Numbered from the stretch's first letter, positions 49,935 to 63,499 are shown. The stretch: 64,000 bases of DNA from Raillietiella orientalis (GCA_036172245.1 JAYWIR010000020.1:1426001-1490000); one strand, 5' to 3'. Numbers and translations: made by a program. Notes: generated by a model from the letters alone, not told the origin.

Positions 49935-50900
49935 GTGACGGGAATATGATGGCAGAACACCGCCTGAGCAGTAACAATCCCGGGGGATTTTTCTGGAACT
50001 AAAATGATGAAGGTGAAATCCTAATTAAGTGATCCTGACAAGATTGAACAGGATCCTTGTTTCGCATGCATCCTTGAAGCTGCGTGACAAACTGGAGGCT
50101 GGAGACTGCGGATTCGAAGCAACCGTTCCGCAGGGACCAGCTCATCTGGCCGGAAAAGGAATATACAAGCAGGAACGGAAGGACGGATCTCAATGTTCGG
50201 GATGAACACACTGACGTCTGATGCGCTTCCATCCAAATCTACGAATGATTGCGCTCCAGAAGTACGAATCCGCTGTTCCATCTTTCACAACCACCTCGTC
50301 ATTCCTAACAAGGGCAACGGTGAAAGATGCAAATTTCATCTAGCCGCCCACGGATGCAGCGGCATGAACCAAAGCCACTCATCACGATTCAGCTCCTCAT
50401 GCCTGGACTCATGGATAGCACATCTAGCTCTCAGAGGGAGCTTGCTGATTTGAATCGCTTGCTGCTATGGACTGAGCCTTCGTTCACCCCCCATGGATCA
50501 AGATCCCATCTGCATAGAGCTCCGGGTGTTTCTAACAATGGAGAGGTCTGTTGTAGAAATTCTTGCATCCTTTACAGTTTTATCTGCTGATTTAATCCCT
50601 CGAATTTCATAAGAGAGCATTTGGTCTGCGCCGCATTTCTGGAGAACCATCTCGGATGCTGTGGCGGCTCAGAAAGTGCCCGCTCTTTTGGAAAAGTTCA
50701 AAGTTCCACTTTGCCATTTTCCGAAAATCTGCCCCGCCTTCAGCTTCGTGATGCACCTTGGAGTCTGCATCGATCCGAGAGGAAATGAGAACCTCTTTCA
50801 CACACTCGCGCATTGACAAATTGCGTTCATCCAGGGGAGGGTCATCGTAACTATGAAAAACATCCTCATTAGCATCATCTTCTTCATCCATAAAAGATTC
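49935..50900 (-). pseudogene. Harbinger/PIF (HARBI1-like) DDE transposase remnant
   Basis: Ordered motifs DFRKMAKWNFELFQK...EMRR (F..fRm..F..L..mR), GFGSCRCIRGRLDEICI...P (GfP.ciGaiDgthi..P), DGSASDVSVF (GS.hD..vf), FLFRPDELVP (l.gD.gfp), IVTAQAVFCH (iv.ac.vLHN). Confidence 0.55.
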
Positions 50901-51429
50901 ATTGATTTTTTTTTTGGAGAGAGATCCCACCAGTATTTGGACCGCGTTCGTTCAATCGATGAGTTCATCAACGTCCAACTTTTGACCATTTTTGGACGAC
51001 CGTTGCCATTAGTTACGGTTCACATGTGCACGCATGTCATGTTAAAGTGCAGAGGGGTGGTCTGCGTTCAGCATACCTGCATGCGGGCGATGCATTCATC
51101 TGCTGCTCCCCCGCCTTCTTCGGCATCCGATCTTTCGAGCAATGGTCCGCAGAACGATCTTTGTTTTGAACCGAGAGACATACAAAGTGGTCACTCTCAG
51201 CCACGTGTGCTCTCCGGCGCGGAGTTTGGAAAAGCACTCCGGAGGAGAGGAGCATCCTCTTGCTTCAGGAGCGAGTGGAGGGAGTGGATAAACCTGGGAG
51301 AGAAGCGTCGGATTGTTTCCAGAATCAGGATGTAGGTTCCTTTCTGGTCCTGGTCGTCACAGCCGGAATGCCGGCTGCAAGAGGAAATGGAGCTCTGCTT
51401 GCAAAGTTCACACTCAGGACGCATGTGGG

Positions 51430-52410
51430 AAATTATAAATGAGCGCACGTTGGTGACCAGGACTGTGGTCTCCCTGTGTGAGGGATTCATACCAGAGAAA
51501 TCGGTGTGGCCCTAGGGAAGCCGGAAATCTCCAGATGCTCCCGTTGACTGTCTGAATTGGAAGTTGGTCTTCCGGGGTCCTTCCAGGAATGAAAGAGCCG
51601 GTTTGTCTTCGGGGTTTCTCTCCGGTTTTGCGAAAATGAAAAATGGAGCCGTTCCCCCCCCCCTCTCCCTAGGGGTGCGACCTATTATCTCGTACCATGA
51701 AAGGCGGCCACGTAATCACGGAGAGGGACGGAACGAGGACGATGCGACCGAGCGGTGGAATGAGAAAAAAACGCTGGAACCCTGGGCGGGGGAGAGAACT
51801 TCCTAAAGCATCTTAAAGAGTGCCGCACGATGGGAGCAACTCCATGTAGTATGTGTTAAAACAGGATACCTATCCAGGGTGCCAGAAAACGCATTGCTCC
51901 CTTTGGGGTGCGCCCTTTAGAGAAAATGAAAAGCATCCCTCCGGGGCTCTCTTCAGAGAAGTGAAAACAAGGAACAGTTCCCTCGTAGGCTCCCTCCGGA
52001 GGAGAAAATTTCAGGAGCGGATCCTTTTTAGGTTCCCTTCGGAGAAGAAATAATGGAGCGACCCCCTCTGAGGGTCCCTCCGAAGAGAATAAGGATGAGG
52101 ATCCCCTTCGGGGTTCTCTTCGGAGACAACCAGGGCGAAGGCTCCCTTCAGGGTTCCTACCAAGCGTGAGAGAGGAACGAAATCCTTCCTCCGGAGACTT
52201 CCTGGATTCATGGGATGGTCCCTACGGGTTTGCCCCCTAACTTGAAGAGTCACACGCATCTTCAGGGGGCGTGGGCAGCACTAAAGAGCTCTGTGAGCCC
52301 ACTATAAGGAAGCGGACTCTTCTTCAGCGCTTGGAGAACCGAAAAAAGGAAGCAGAAGAAAGCTGGAAGGCAAGGAGCGAGAACAGAACAACCCCAAAGG
52401 GATGTCCCAT
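51430..52410 (+). mobile_element. SINE-like family A, copy 7 with ~160-bp internal insertion
   Basis: Core GGGGTCCTTCCAGGAAT (51574), ATCTCGTACCATGAA, subrepeats and tail match copy 4; extra sequence at ~51705-51865; head degraded. Confidence 0.72.
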
Positions 52411-54895
52411 CTTTCGGGTATTCTGCGTGCATGGGGTGAGCACTATTCCTAACGTGATGATGTTGTCTCACGTCTTATCTGAGCTGAGTATGGCACAGTG
52501 AACGTTCATTTAGGATGCAGATGCGAATACTCATCTTTTAAGAATGCTCCTCCCTTTTCGGCAAGCTTGGGATCTGATCTGATCCCTCGTTAAATGAAGT
52601 GATACATGCTCAACATCCAGGAAGTAACGGCCTCACGATGCAGTAACCAGGCATCTCGTCAAGCACGGGACAGCCAACTCTCCCGCTGAAAGGCATGGGC
52701 TTGTCTCTTCGAGAAGTCGCCAGCACCGGAATCCCAGGAATCGATTCCAGAAGCCGGAAATCGGGCTGGGAAGAAGGGCTGCGCAGTGACGAGGATTCGC
52801 CGTCGCTCGGGGCGCCTCGGTCCGAATCCGCGCCTGGACTCCTGAGGTCGACGGAGAGCGCGGTAGGGACAAGACTTGGAATGAGTCTGGAAGGCAGTGG
52901 TGAAGACAGCAGATGTTGGACCCGACGGCCGGCTGGTCGTCGAAGCAGGCATTTTCGGATCCAGCCTTCCCGGAAGGCTGGCTCGACACCTTGGGCCAAA
53001 AGTGCTCACTCTTGCGTATGACTCTTCGAGATCAGGAGAAAAGATCTACATCACAAAGATACAAGCATTTACAATTCTTGGATGAAAAAAAAGGAATTGC
53101 TTTTTATTGCATATTTGTTGAGCTGGATAACGAGTCTCAAGAACTTCCTTAGCATTTTCGAGGTGAACTGGGACAAATTCCCTTCTTCTGCCATGGATGT
53201 TCCATGCTATACTTTCTAAAAATGTATCTTTTACTGCCTCGACAAAAGTATGATGGATGGGCAGAACATTGAAGGATCGCTCCAAGAGAGACAGCTAAGA
53301 TGTCTGGAATGTGTTCTCCATGCCTGGAGACGAGATTGACGAATACGAAGGGAATGAGATGCAAGGCAGTTGAAAAACGTAAGCTGCTGTTGATGCTGCA
53401 AGCTCATCTAAGGGTTCTGAAAGATTCTCGCGTGCAAGGCGCGCACAGCTTGAGATGCAGGATGCAGCCTTTGCAGCGACGCATTGGCTTTGGCTTGACT
53501 AGAACTGAGTCACGCTCGCGGGAACGAAACAAAGTTAGAGCGAGGGAAATGAAGCCTGAAAGACGAAAAAGCTTGGAAGATCGGTGAGAGGACCGAAACA
53601 GTTCCATTAGGGATAGACACGACTTGTTATGAGCCAGCTGCGAATAGGCCTTCCTCCCAGCTGGAAGGTGAATGGCACATGCAAAATACAGAATCAGAAA
53701 GGTGTACATTAGCTCTACTTGCTAAGCAGGAAATTCTAAGGCGTTCTTTATATTCATCAGGAAACTTTCTGAGAATGGGTCCCGTCTCTGCTTTTCTTAT
53801 TGTCGAAACCTGTCTACAAAGAACCTTTTTAGTCGAGAGGCTGTCTGGGAAGAGGTCCTCCGATTGTGTTTCAAGTTCCCAAAGCATTGAAGGGAAGTCA
53901 AAGTGAGTACCAATTCACGGAGAGCTCAGATAATAATGAATCTAAGAGGAGACGCATCTACGAAAAGGATGATCGAGGTCAGAGTCCATGAAAGGAATCT
54001 GAGGGAATAATTTGGATGAGAAGCAGAGTGACATGGCAAAAGGGTTGAAGCGACGAAGATGAGCGACGTTTTCGACAACGAAAAGAAGCGATAGCTTATC
54101 TACAAGACCATCGGCAGATGCAGATTTCTATTGTGACGAGAACTACTGAAGATCTCTCAGACACGGCCTTCCCAAAGAGTTTAAGGACTATTAAAGATCC
54201 ATCGTCAACAAACAGCCGCAAGTTGTGAGGTTACGACCTCCCGAAGACAAGAAAATCACAGTTGATGGCACTGATTCGCATCGTGGGGATATGGAGCAGC
54301 TGCTTTGTCTTGAAAAGGTAAGTCAGTAGTAAAGGAAACAGCGCGTGGGAAGATATGACGGGCAATGGGAGGCTCGCTCTGAAAATGGTGCTGGAAATGA
54401 AAAGACTTCGCTTGAACTCTCAAATAATTACTCTCCTCAAAATCTCCATTTCTAAGACTTTAAGAAGCAATTTTCCATCAGAGTCTCATAGATGTTCTGC
54501 TAAGACATGCCTGTACGTCGGCAGAGATGTCATTCTTTGACCCCCAGCCGTTACTTATCTTAGCGTGACTTTGTTTGTTCCAATAACAGCGGTAGAATTT
54601 TTCCCTTAAATGACTACGAAATTAATCACATCAATATCATTGCGGCTAGTCCAGTCACGGAAAAGTAGGGCTGCACCTTCATGGTTTGCTCTTCCACGTC
54701 AGCAAGCTTTCCTATTTCCATCTTCCAAAACTTGAAATGCAACCCTCATCAAAAGTCAGAAAAGGGGATTCCTTTTTCAAACGGTGTTTCCTCCAGCTCG
54801 AAAAGTTGAGCCGAGAATTAGGACTACCACACCCTCTATCAAGAAATTCCTGTCCAACGATCCAAGTTACACTGTTCTGAGGGGAAGGGATCTGA

Positions 54896-56204
54896 AAGGT
54901 CATGCATGCCCTACAGACCTGATTGCCATCTCCATCAGCATTTGGTTGCGTGAACCGTTCATAGCGACCGTAGGAGCTGTTATCGTAGATGATGAGGTCG
55001 CCCTCAGGAACTTCAGGAGTAGGAGCTCTGCCAGGTGGTCACGAAAGCCCTCCCGGATGATCCTTACGCTTCTGCGCGGAAGACGAATTGCGCAGGAGGA
55101 GTAGACGGCTTATCCATCACTGAAGGAGCAAAGAGAAGGAAGGGAGGCGCCTCGTTCCTCCTCGCCTGCACACCCACGAGTGCCCTCTGCGTTCCAGACG
55201 TAGCTCAACCCTCGCTAGACAGTGGCCGGGAAGACGGAAGAATGGTCACCGCGGTGGCCCAAACCTCGAGGAGCCTCCTCCTCAGAGCTTCCACGGAGGA
55301 GAGCGAGCGACGACGCAGCGGGGCGAAAGGCAGTCTCTGGAAAAGAGGGGACGGGAGGGCCGCAGAAATGCTCTTGAGAGCTGCAGGAACGAAACCCGGT
55401 GGGCAACACCGAAGCGAAGCCCTCAGGGTCCTCCATCGCGATCGGAGGTGGGCGTTCTTCGCGAGCACCGAAAGGAATCGCAACGGAAGGTGCCACGAAG
55501 GTCACGAAGCGAAGATCGGGAGCATCATGAAAGAATGAAGCCGCTGGGAGGTTCCAGAACGAATGGCGTCCGGCGGAGGGACATCCTCTCAGGGAAGTGT
55601 GGTCACGCTGGAGTGATGGTGGACTTTGGGATGAGGGGAGAAATCGGGAAGACGAGACGAAGACGAGAATCCCTGATCTTCCCTGATCGGCAAATCCTCC
55701 CTCGGTTCTGGAGGGTACCGGACACGGTACTATCCTCCTTTACTCCCTACGGGTCAGGAAAAGATGTGCAGGGGAGCGCTCGCCTCCGCCTCCCCTCTCC
55801 CCTTCCTTGAATGGCCCCCTCCGTGGCCGAATTCTCTCCGCAAACGCAGTCCGCAAATCCCTTCGAAGGACGCAGGCTGTGGGCAGGTTCGGGTGAGCAG
55901 GACGTGGGAAGAGGAGTGGAAGACAGGGCCATGAAAGGTCGCTTCCGCGGATCAGCGGGGAACGGGGCGGGCTGGCCGTTCGGCCTTGCGGCGCTCGGCG
56001 TCCTTCGCGAGGTAGGCCTTCATGGTGAGCGGAAGGGATGGGGGCGGACGCGATGCTTTCGGTGGCGTTCGGTCGCACTGACCGCGACCGTCCGGAGGTT
56101 CCCGTCGTGCTGCGCGTCCCGGATCGGACCGGTTTCGCCGCTCTTGGCGCGTGGGCGGCGACGGCCGCGCCCTCCCTGCGCTTCGGCGGTCGTCGCTGCT
56201 CTCG
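54896..56204 (-). repeat. 1.3-kb inverted segmental duplication, right copy
   Basis: Reverse complement of 35688-36996. Confidence 0.97.
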
Positions 56205-58299
56205 AGGGTCACCGGACACACCGGTTGACTTGAGACGAATAAGGAAAAAAATTAAAATGCGAAATTGGTCGTAGGGTGCTGTCGTCAGGGGCCTCCACAT
56301 TGGAGCGCTTCCGTTGGCCCGGAGCAATCGAACGCCGCCTACCTTCGTAAGAGAGACAGCACGTTCCGCGCTTGTCAGCGCGGTCCACGGACGCGTTGAT
56401 GAATCTTCTCTGGACACATCTCCGAATAACAAGCGCTAATGAGACGGGTTGGCAGGAACGCTTCCCTCGACGCTGTGCAAACGGCCCTCCTTAGCAACTG
56501 ATGTTGTGCGAACAGAGAGATCTCCATGGAGAATCGGAACGGGGAGAGGAGGAGGATGAGGCGAACAAGTCGCCGCTCCAGAGGAGGAAGTTGCGATCTT
56601 CCAGCAGAAGCGTGAAAAATCAGCCAGCGATCACCCATCGTTCTGAGAAGGCCTCAGGCCAGTTGATTCGACGTTCACCACCTCCTTCCCCTGGGGGTGC
56701 GAGAACAGAGAGAGAGAGAGAGGAGGCAGGCCTCTCCTTCGGCCGCAACTCGCCCACAGCAGGGTGCCGCGCAGCAGCTGAGGCGGCCTCTTGGAACCAG
56801 CTGGGCCGGCAGTCGGGCCTCCCTTTCCGACAACCGCGCAGCTCGGCCGAGCGGAAAGCGCCAGACCGCAGGCAGCTGACCTCCTCGCGCGGTGGGCTGA
56901 CGCCAAATCCCTATCAATGCGGCGCCCGCTCGCTGCCACTCGGCGGGCGCTGTCCCGATCGCCGTCGCGTGCCGACGGCGCTTCCCCGTACGGTCGGGTA
57001 CGCGCACCGGCTGGCCCGAGGGGAACGTGCACGCGCGCAGAAGAGCTCCACTGGAGCACAGACGTGTGTTCTCTCTCGACAGACGGCGCCAACATCGACG
57101 GCGCTGCGTTTCCTTCGATGCTGTTCCGATGCGAATGCTGCTTCTGTGCATCTCAAGGTATCCCACGTAGTCTCACCCTTCTGAAGCTGCTGGACAGGAA
57201 GCTATCGGGGATGGAGTACGGAGGAGAAGAAACATCTGTAGGCAGCAACGTCACTACAGCCATTCACTGCTGAGAGGAGAAAAAGGAAAGGGACAGGGGA
57301 GGGAATAAGGAGCTCGAGGCACTGTGTATCCAAGACAACGAGCGGCAGACAAATGGACGAAGGCTCGCGGGATTAGGAGAAAGGGAGAACCGGAAGAAGT
57401 CGCAATGCCACTTTGAAGAAGCTCAGTCAAAAGAGAAGGCGAGTGAGGCTGCTGGAGTGAGTCGTGGGCGCGACCCTCCCAACAACAGGCCCCTCTTCCG
57501 AGGAAGAGCGCCGTCTTCGAGGCCGCTTGGTGCTGGCGAAGCTAGAGAACCGCTCAGCGCACAGACCCTCGAGGAGCATCCTGTGAGGGAAGCAGGAGGG
57601 AGGCCAGCTGCAAGGTCATCTTTGCACTTGCCGGACGGCCTGAATCGTTGTGTGGATGAGCACGTGCGCCGGCCGAGGGACTCCAGTATCCGGGAGCGGC
57701 GGCGGCAGCGCCGATTTCGGACCACAGCCGAGTCTTCCGGCAGCAGAAGAAGATCGAGTGGGCTCCAGGGTGGACTGAAGATGGATTGAGGATGCTCCTC
57801 GCCAACTTCTGGAAGCGCTCCCACGCATGGCTGTTTCCGGGGAAGGCCCGCTGAAGAGGAAGCAGGCAACAGGGAGGAAAGTGCGCCTCCATCGGGAACC
57901 CGGCAGGCGGCAAGAGAGCGATGGCATCTCCTCCTCCTCCATCCTCTGCTTCATCCCCCAGACCTCCCACCGCTACTCCCTCGATTGCAGCAGCCCGAAG
58001 CGAGAGTGGAGTTCTGGTCCAGGAAGATGCTCCAGGTCGGCAGGTATTCGCAGCCTCCCGAGCACAATCCTTCCTGCGGTGCCTAGGATAAGGTTTCTTG
58101 AGGCACTTCATCCTGGAACAGAGGCATGGAGCCCCGCTCCCGCCGTCAGCGCTTCCCGTTCCTTGTGGAGAGGCGGATCCTGGTGCTTAACTCTCCGCCG
58201 GGAGGAAGGGCAGCGTTGCCTGCCACTATGCAGCACGCCTGGGTTTAGGAAGACGGAGCTCTCTGCTAGCTGATCTGCGCCCCTGACCTTCGATTCGCC

Positions 58300-61200
58300 C
58301 CTTTCGCTCCCCTCAAAACGTTCCCGGTCTTTTGGAAGCAGAGGAAACGACATCTGGGGAATGCGATCCTCCGGCACCTGAATCTTTGGAGCTGCTCTCG
58401 CTCAGACTGAGCCCGAGGTCCGCGGAGCCTTGACAGAAGAACCTACCGACGGAGATGCGGCTGCATCCGTGCATCTCGGGCAACCTTCGCGGAGCCACGC
58501 AACGTGGCTTGTCCGTCCTGCCGACACCCTCCGTCTCCTCTCCCCTGCCGTTCCCCTCGAGCGGAGCTCCACGAGAGAAGTCTCTGTGCCAACAGTGCTC
58601 ACCCGGGAACAAAGCGGAAGCCTCTTGCTAATCTTCCGAAAATGCGTCGCACCTCTTCTTCCTCCTCTTACGGCTACCACTGTTGCTGCTGCTGCTATCA
58701 ACGCATTTGATGGTTGCCGATCTCCGCGCTGTCCCGGTGCAGGAGCTCTTTGGATAGGGGAGGGAGAAGGAGATGTACGCCGTTCCCTGGGAGGAAGAGT
58801 CGCTCACCTGGTCTTTGGACGAAGGACGAGAAAAATCCTTCGGAAGTCGGGGTTTGACGGCGCAAAGAGGGGGAGGGTCTGGGATTTCGAGCTTCGAAGA
58901 CCTCACAGGTGCCTTCAGGACAACTGCCTCCCTCGTTCCCCAAGGAGTCCCGTCCAGATCCTACCTGACTTTGCTCCTGCGGACGTTCCTTCCGTTGCTA
59001 GGAAGCGACTCCGCTGCGGGAGGCTACCGAGGCGACAAGGACTTGTGACCCATCCTGCCTGTTTGCCGAGACTCGATGGGGCTTATAGGAATCTCCAAAT
59101 CTCCTGAAAGTCGAGGAGCTGCAGACTTTGGTACGGGGACCGGCTTCAGGGAGCCTGTAGGTGAGGCCCTGCACCATGATGGAAGCGGTCTGGGAGGCTG
59201 CCTCCCCCCGCCCGCAAGCAACTTCTTTGCCTCGGTCGGAAGCCAGAATAGTGAGGCTGCTGCCCCACGGATTCACAGATGCCAGAGAGAAGGTCGTTCC
59301 CCTCTCTTCCTGCCTGCAAGGGATCCAAGGCATCCGAAGAAGTTTCTGGAGCCAGGCAGTGTGGTGATCAGTCCACCCCCGTGGAAACTCCCTCCAAAGA
59401 GCGCTTCCTCTACCAGAAATGATGATGATGGTGAAGAGGAGCTTGCAGCGATTGCCCTGGGGCTGCCGAGCTGCCTAGTCGAGTCCTCCGCAGGTCGTGG
59501 TTTACTGCGGAGGCAGTCGCCGCGGTTACCGAGCGGATGAGGTGCGACTCGGAGGATAGGCTGAGGATGGCGAGATGATGATTCGTCCTTCTCTCCAGAT
59601 GAATCCAGCAGAGGACACATTAACGTCCGAATTTTGCTGGCCACCGAGGAATCCTCCCGGTCTTCGTTGTTCACTGCAAGCGGCAGATGCTGCAGGGAAA
59701 GCCTCCGGGCAGAATCCTGAGGTACCGACCGTCCCAGAAAGGGCGTCTACCTCTGATGCTGGGGGAGGGAAAACTCTCGTTCACGGAAGTGGAGGATGGT
59801 CTGCAAAAAACATGAGGACAAAGAAAACAGGATCGTAGGAACTCCAAGAAAGCGGCATTGCGGATGGGGCACCTTTGGGGAGGGTACTGGGAGCGCCAGC
59901 GGTATCTCCCGATTGCACGGCTGTGGGAGATTTCACTCTCTTCCTTCTTCTTCTGGTGAGCCATGCGTTGGCAGACGGAGCTTTGGGAAGAGTGGACTGG
60001 GACTGAGTTGATGGTGAGCAGAGAGCGCATGAGCGGAGCCAGTGCTGCCAGCTCTAATCTCTTACCATGTCAAAGGACCACCGTTTCCAGGTCTTCGACA
60101 AGTCCGCCATCACGTCGAAGATGCGGCGCTTCTTTCTCCAAGGGAGGAGGAATGGGAGAGAGTTGAGGACATGCTCAAAGCCCTGCACACTTGGACAGGG
60201 GTGCTCAGAGATGGAGCAGAGACTACCGTCCGGACCGTGTCTTCAGGCCGAGGATTTGGAACGAGCTCTTTCTTTCCATTTGCGAACGTCTTTGGCTTGC
60301 CACGGACAGTGGAGGCAGAAGTGAGGTGTTTGTTCCCTATGACCTCCGTGGAGGAGTCTCCATAAGTTCCTCCCTGAAACGCCTTCTGGCGGCGGGAAAA
60401 GAAGGAAACGCTCTCAGGAAACGATTTGCTTTTGCTCCGCTAGATGGGAGCAGCATTTCTCGACGTCTACGAGGGACTTGCCGCCATTGGTTCTTTCCTC
60501 TCTTTTTCGCTGACCTGCTGGTTAGCCGAGGGGTCACTTCTTTCCTTGTGAGCACATCCTCGGTTTTTACTCCCCCCTTCCTGCTTCCAGCTACCTTCGT
60601 GTCCTAGACCTCATCCTTACGAGCAGCTCTCCTTTCATTTACCACCTGCTCACAGCCGCAGCAGGGAAAGTTGACCCGCCCTGGAACGCGAAGATAGGGG
60701 AAGCAGCGCTTCCCTCGTTCCTGTCAACGGTTCTCTGCCTGGAGATGGCCCCATAGTATCCTACGAAGGCAGGGGACCGGGAAGAAAAGGGTTGCCCAGG
60801 AGACGCTGTCTTCGCGGTCTTAGCGCCCTCTTTCCGATCATTCGCGTGTTTGCCATGCAAGCAAGGTAGCTCCATCTCTTTCAAGGTCAAAAGATGACCT
60901 TTTACAGTGGGTCTCACTTGCCTACGGTGCCCCTCCGCAGAGGGAGACCATTTCAAAGGACCATATGTCAGCTACCTTGCAGATCCCAGAGCATCCCAGG
61001 GGATCCGTTCCGCAGGCAGTAGGAATGGGTTGGTCCTTCCCCTCCTCCCCATGGACATGCCAAGCTCGCAGAACCAGACTGAAGCTCCGCCTAGGGAACC
61101 AAATATGGCTCTGCATCTCGAGCATTCCGCCTCCCAATCTTCCCTGCGGTGCCTGCTGATCCCGGCTGTCAGCTCCTAAGGAACAGAAGAGTTCCTGACA

Positions 61201-62650
61201 AGCGCTTAGCGCACCCCTTTGGAGGAGCCAGAAAGAGTCCGGAGGGAAGAGTGCGCTGGACCGACCCACGTGGAGCGTCTCAAAAGAGGAGCCCTTGCCT
61301 CACCCAGGGGTCAACCGTTCGATGTAGCGAACCCTCGCGCTCATGGGGACACATCTCACCCATCAAAACTTTGGAAGACCATAAAAGATAAACAGATATT
61401 ATACTATGATGAATGCATGCATAATAAAGATACGCATAATGAATACCCATGCAGAATAAATATACATGTAGAGCAAATGTATACATAGGACAAATGTATA
61501 TGTAGAATAAATATACATATAGTATAAATACGCATGTAGAACAAATGCATACGTAGAACGAATGTATATATGAACTAAATGTACATGTACAATGAATATA
61601 TGTGATAAATATATTAAATATTGCATACATTCGGATCATTCAAGTGTTCGGCGTTTCGGATTTCGAGAACGCTTTCCCTCCGTGAAACGCCTCTCGAGGG
61701 GTCACTCTGACCCCTCGCTAAAGGGAGCGCCTTCACGGAGAGCCTAGCGGAGATTCCAGCAACAGTCCAGTCCAGAGAGGATACGAGTCATCCTTTCTCC
61801 CTCCTCCTCTGCCCCCATGGACGAGCTCATGGTTGAGCGCTTCCCTGTTCTCCGCAGAGGTGATCTCGCTGCCTTTTTTTCCCCTCGGGGCATCTCCTGT
61901 ATGTCCGGGAAAGCGATGGAAGCGATGGGTTCCTGATGGAAGAGGCGGCTCCTTCCAGAGATCTTCCTTCCCTCCTCTTCCCCGCGCGCGAATGGAATGG
62001 TGCTGAAGAGCAGTCAGCGAAGGGCGTCCCGTAGCCACGGGCCGTGCACGAGAAGGTTGCAGTTTTCGGTCATCCCTGATGTCATCTTTTGAACTGCCTC
62101 TGGGTTACGTCACCTTTTCGAAGCCCATTATTCCGGATCCAGATGCGGATGGGAAGACGAAGGGTCGAAAAGACGGGCTGCACTTTCTGCTTCGGGACAT
62201 CCCCAGGGTCGACCCATGCAGGGGGACCGTGGGACCAAAACTTGGGACCAGAGGGGATGCAGACAAGCGTCACCTTTCCTCTGTATGCAGGCGGGATCAG
62301 GTGCCGGAAACAGTTTGAAAGCTCTCCCTGGATTTCTCCTCAGAGGGTGCTCCCAGCTTGGTTAGGATGCATCTCATCCGGGATGCACCGTTGGCCTCCA
62401 AGGATTCAGTTCGGTCGAGGCCTTCTCCACACCAAACCTGCGGTTCCTACTTGAGAAAACAGCTTGCCTTTGTCCAGCGTCTTCCTCTCTCCTCAATGGA
62501 AGACGGGAGCTCATCTTCCGTTTGCGGAACCCAATTCGAAACCTTGCCCCATCAAGGCAGCTCATATCTGATTGGTCGCCCACTGAGAGCGATGATGCCA
62601 CGTTCTTGAAATCATCGTGCGATCCCTCTAAAGCGTCTCGCAGGAGATGA
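58300..62650 (+). mobile_element. Decayed L1/Tx1-type ORF2 (APE-RT-CCHC) interrupted by an AT-rich insert
   Basis: APE-like spacing in ORF 58430-59107, EEELAAIALGLP (~59435), MIRPSLQMN (RPISLLN), VKGPPFPGLRQVRHHVEDAALL...MLKALHTWTGVL (YADD region, 60070-60210), CTFCFGTSPGSTH (~62180). Confidence 0.55.
61400..61620. repeat. AT-rich 17-bp minisatellite
   Basis: Nine consecutive 17-bp units 61449-61601, consensus about ATGTAGAAYAAATRTAY, with degenerate units either side. Confidence 0.88.
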
Positions 62651-63499
62651 GCAGCTCTGTCTCATTTTTTTGGTCTTTCTCTCCTGCATGATCAGGGATG
62701 AACACTGGTAATAAGAAATCTCAATCATGGATTGAGTGGGCCCGAAAGTCCCATTCGCTCCGCAAGGTTTCACTCGGATCCCTTTTTCGTCCGCCAAGAA
62801 AGCGAGGCGGCGCCCAGCGGCGCGTTTCGAAGCCACCGTGGGAGCCTTCTGGTCGGTATGAAGTGGTGGGATAGTCGCCTCTCCCCTCCCAGAAAACGGG
62901 GGCAGAGTGTGCGACATCTCCCTTCAAAGCGGATGCAGAGCGCAGTGCTGCGGGACACCCTGCGTCCTCAGTGAGCTTCGTCGCGCCAGCCGTCCTTCGA
63001 AACACGAGGTGCGCCCACGTGCCTCGCCTCGCCGTCACCGCTGCCTCGGCTCCACGGCAACTCACCTCCCTAACTCGAGAAGGAGACCCCACTCCAGACA
63101 GCACGGCTGCCGCTGGAAACCCGCTCACCCGATGAACCCTCGCGCCTTAACGACGAGTGTCCTTAGGGATTCGAGGACCCCTTTCTCCTGATCCTTCAGC
63201 TTTCGGCCACGGCTCGTAACTCTCCGATTTCATCCAGGAGCACGTGCTCCTGCCAACCAAAAGCCTACAGCAGCATTCCCCGTCTGCGTCCAAGGAGTTT
63301 TGTATCCACGAAACGCTGCTGGCAATGTTGACCTTTGCAATTCCCGTTTTGTTCTTCCGTTAGGTCGGAGAAGGAGGCATCACCGAGGTGTCAACCCTTC
63401 ACTTGAACGACTGCTCACTTGGACTGTCCTCGGACAGGACACTCCTTAGAAGGCTGACTAAAGTACGCAAGGACGGAATCACCTTTTGTTCGAGCAGGC

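Noticed and set aside
35688..56204. Polinton/Maverick-like giant transposon with 1.3-kb TIRs
   Set aside because: No 6-bp TSD at the outer ends (CACGCA versus AGGGTC), no recognisable protein-primed polymerase, capsid or ATPase genes inside, and the repeats look like a dead LINE fragment.
61280..61639. 119-aa hydrophobic Tyr/Ile-rich ORF
   Set aside because: Translation artefact of the AT-rich minisatellite.
62750..63200. CRE-like RT N-terminal remnant (PLPENGGRVCDI)
   Set aside because: Similarity is too faint to support without a search.
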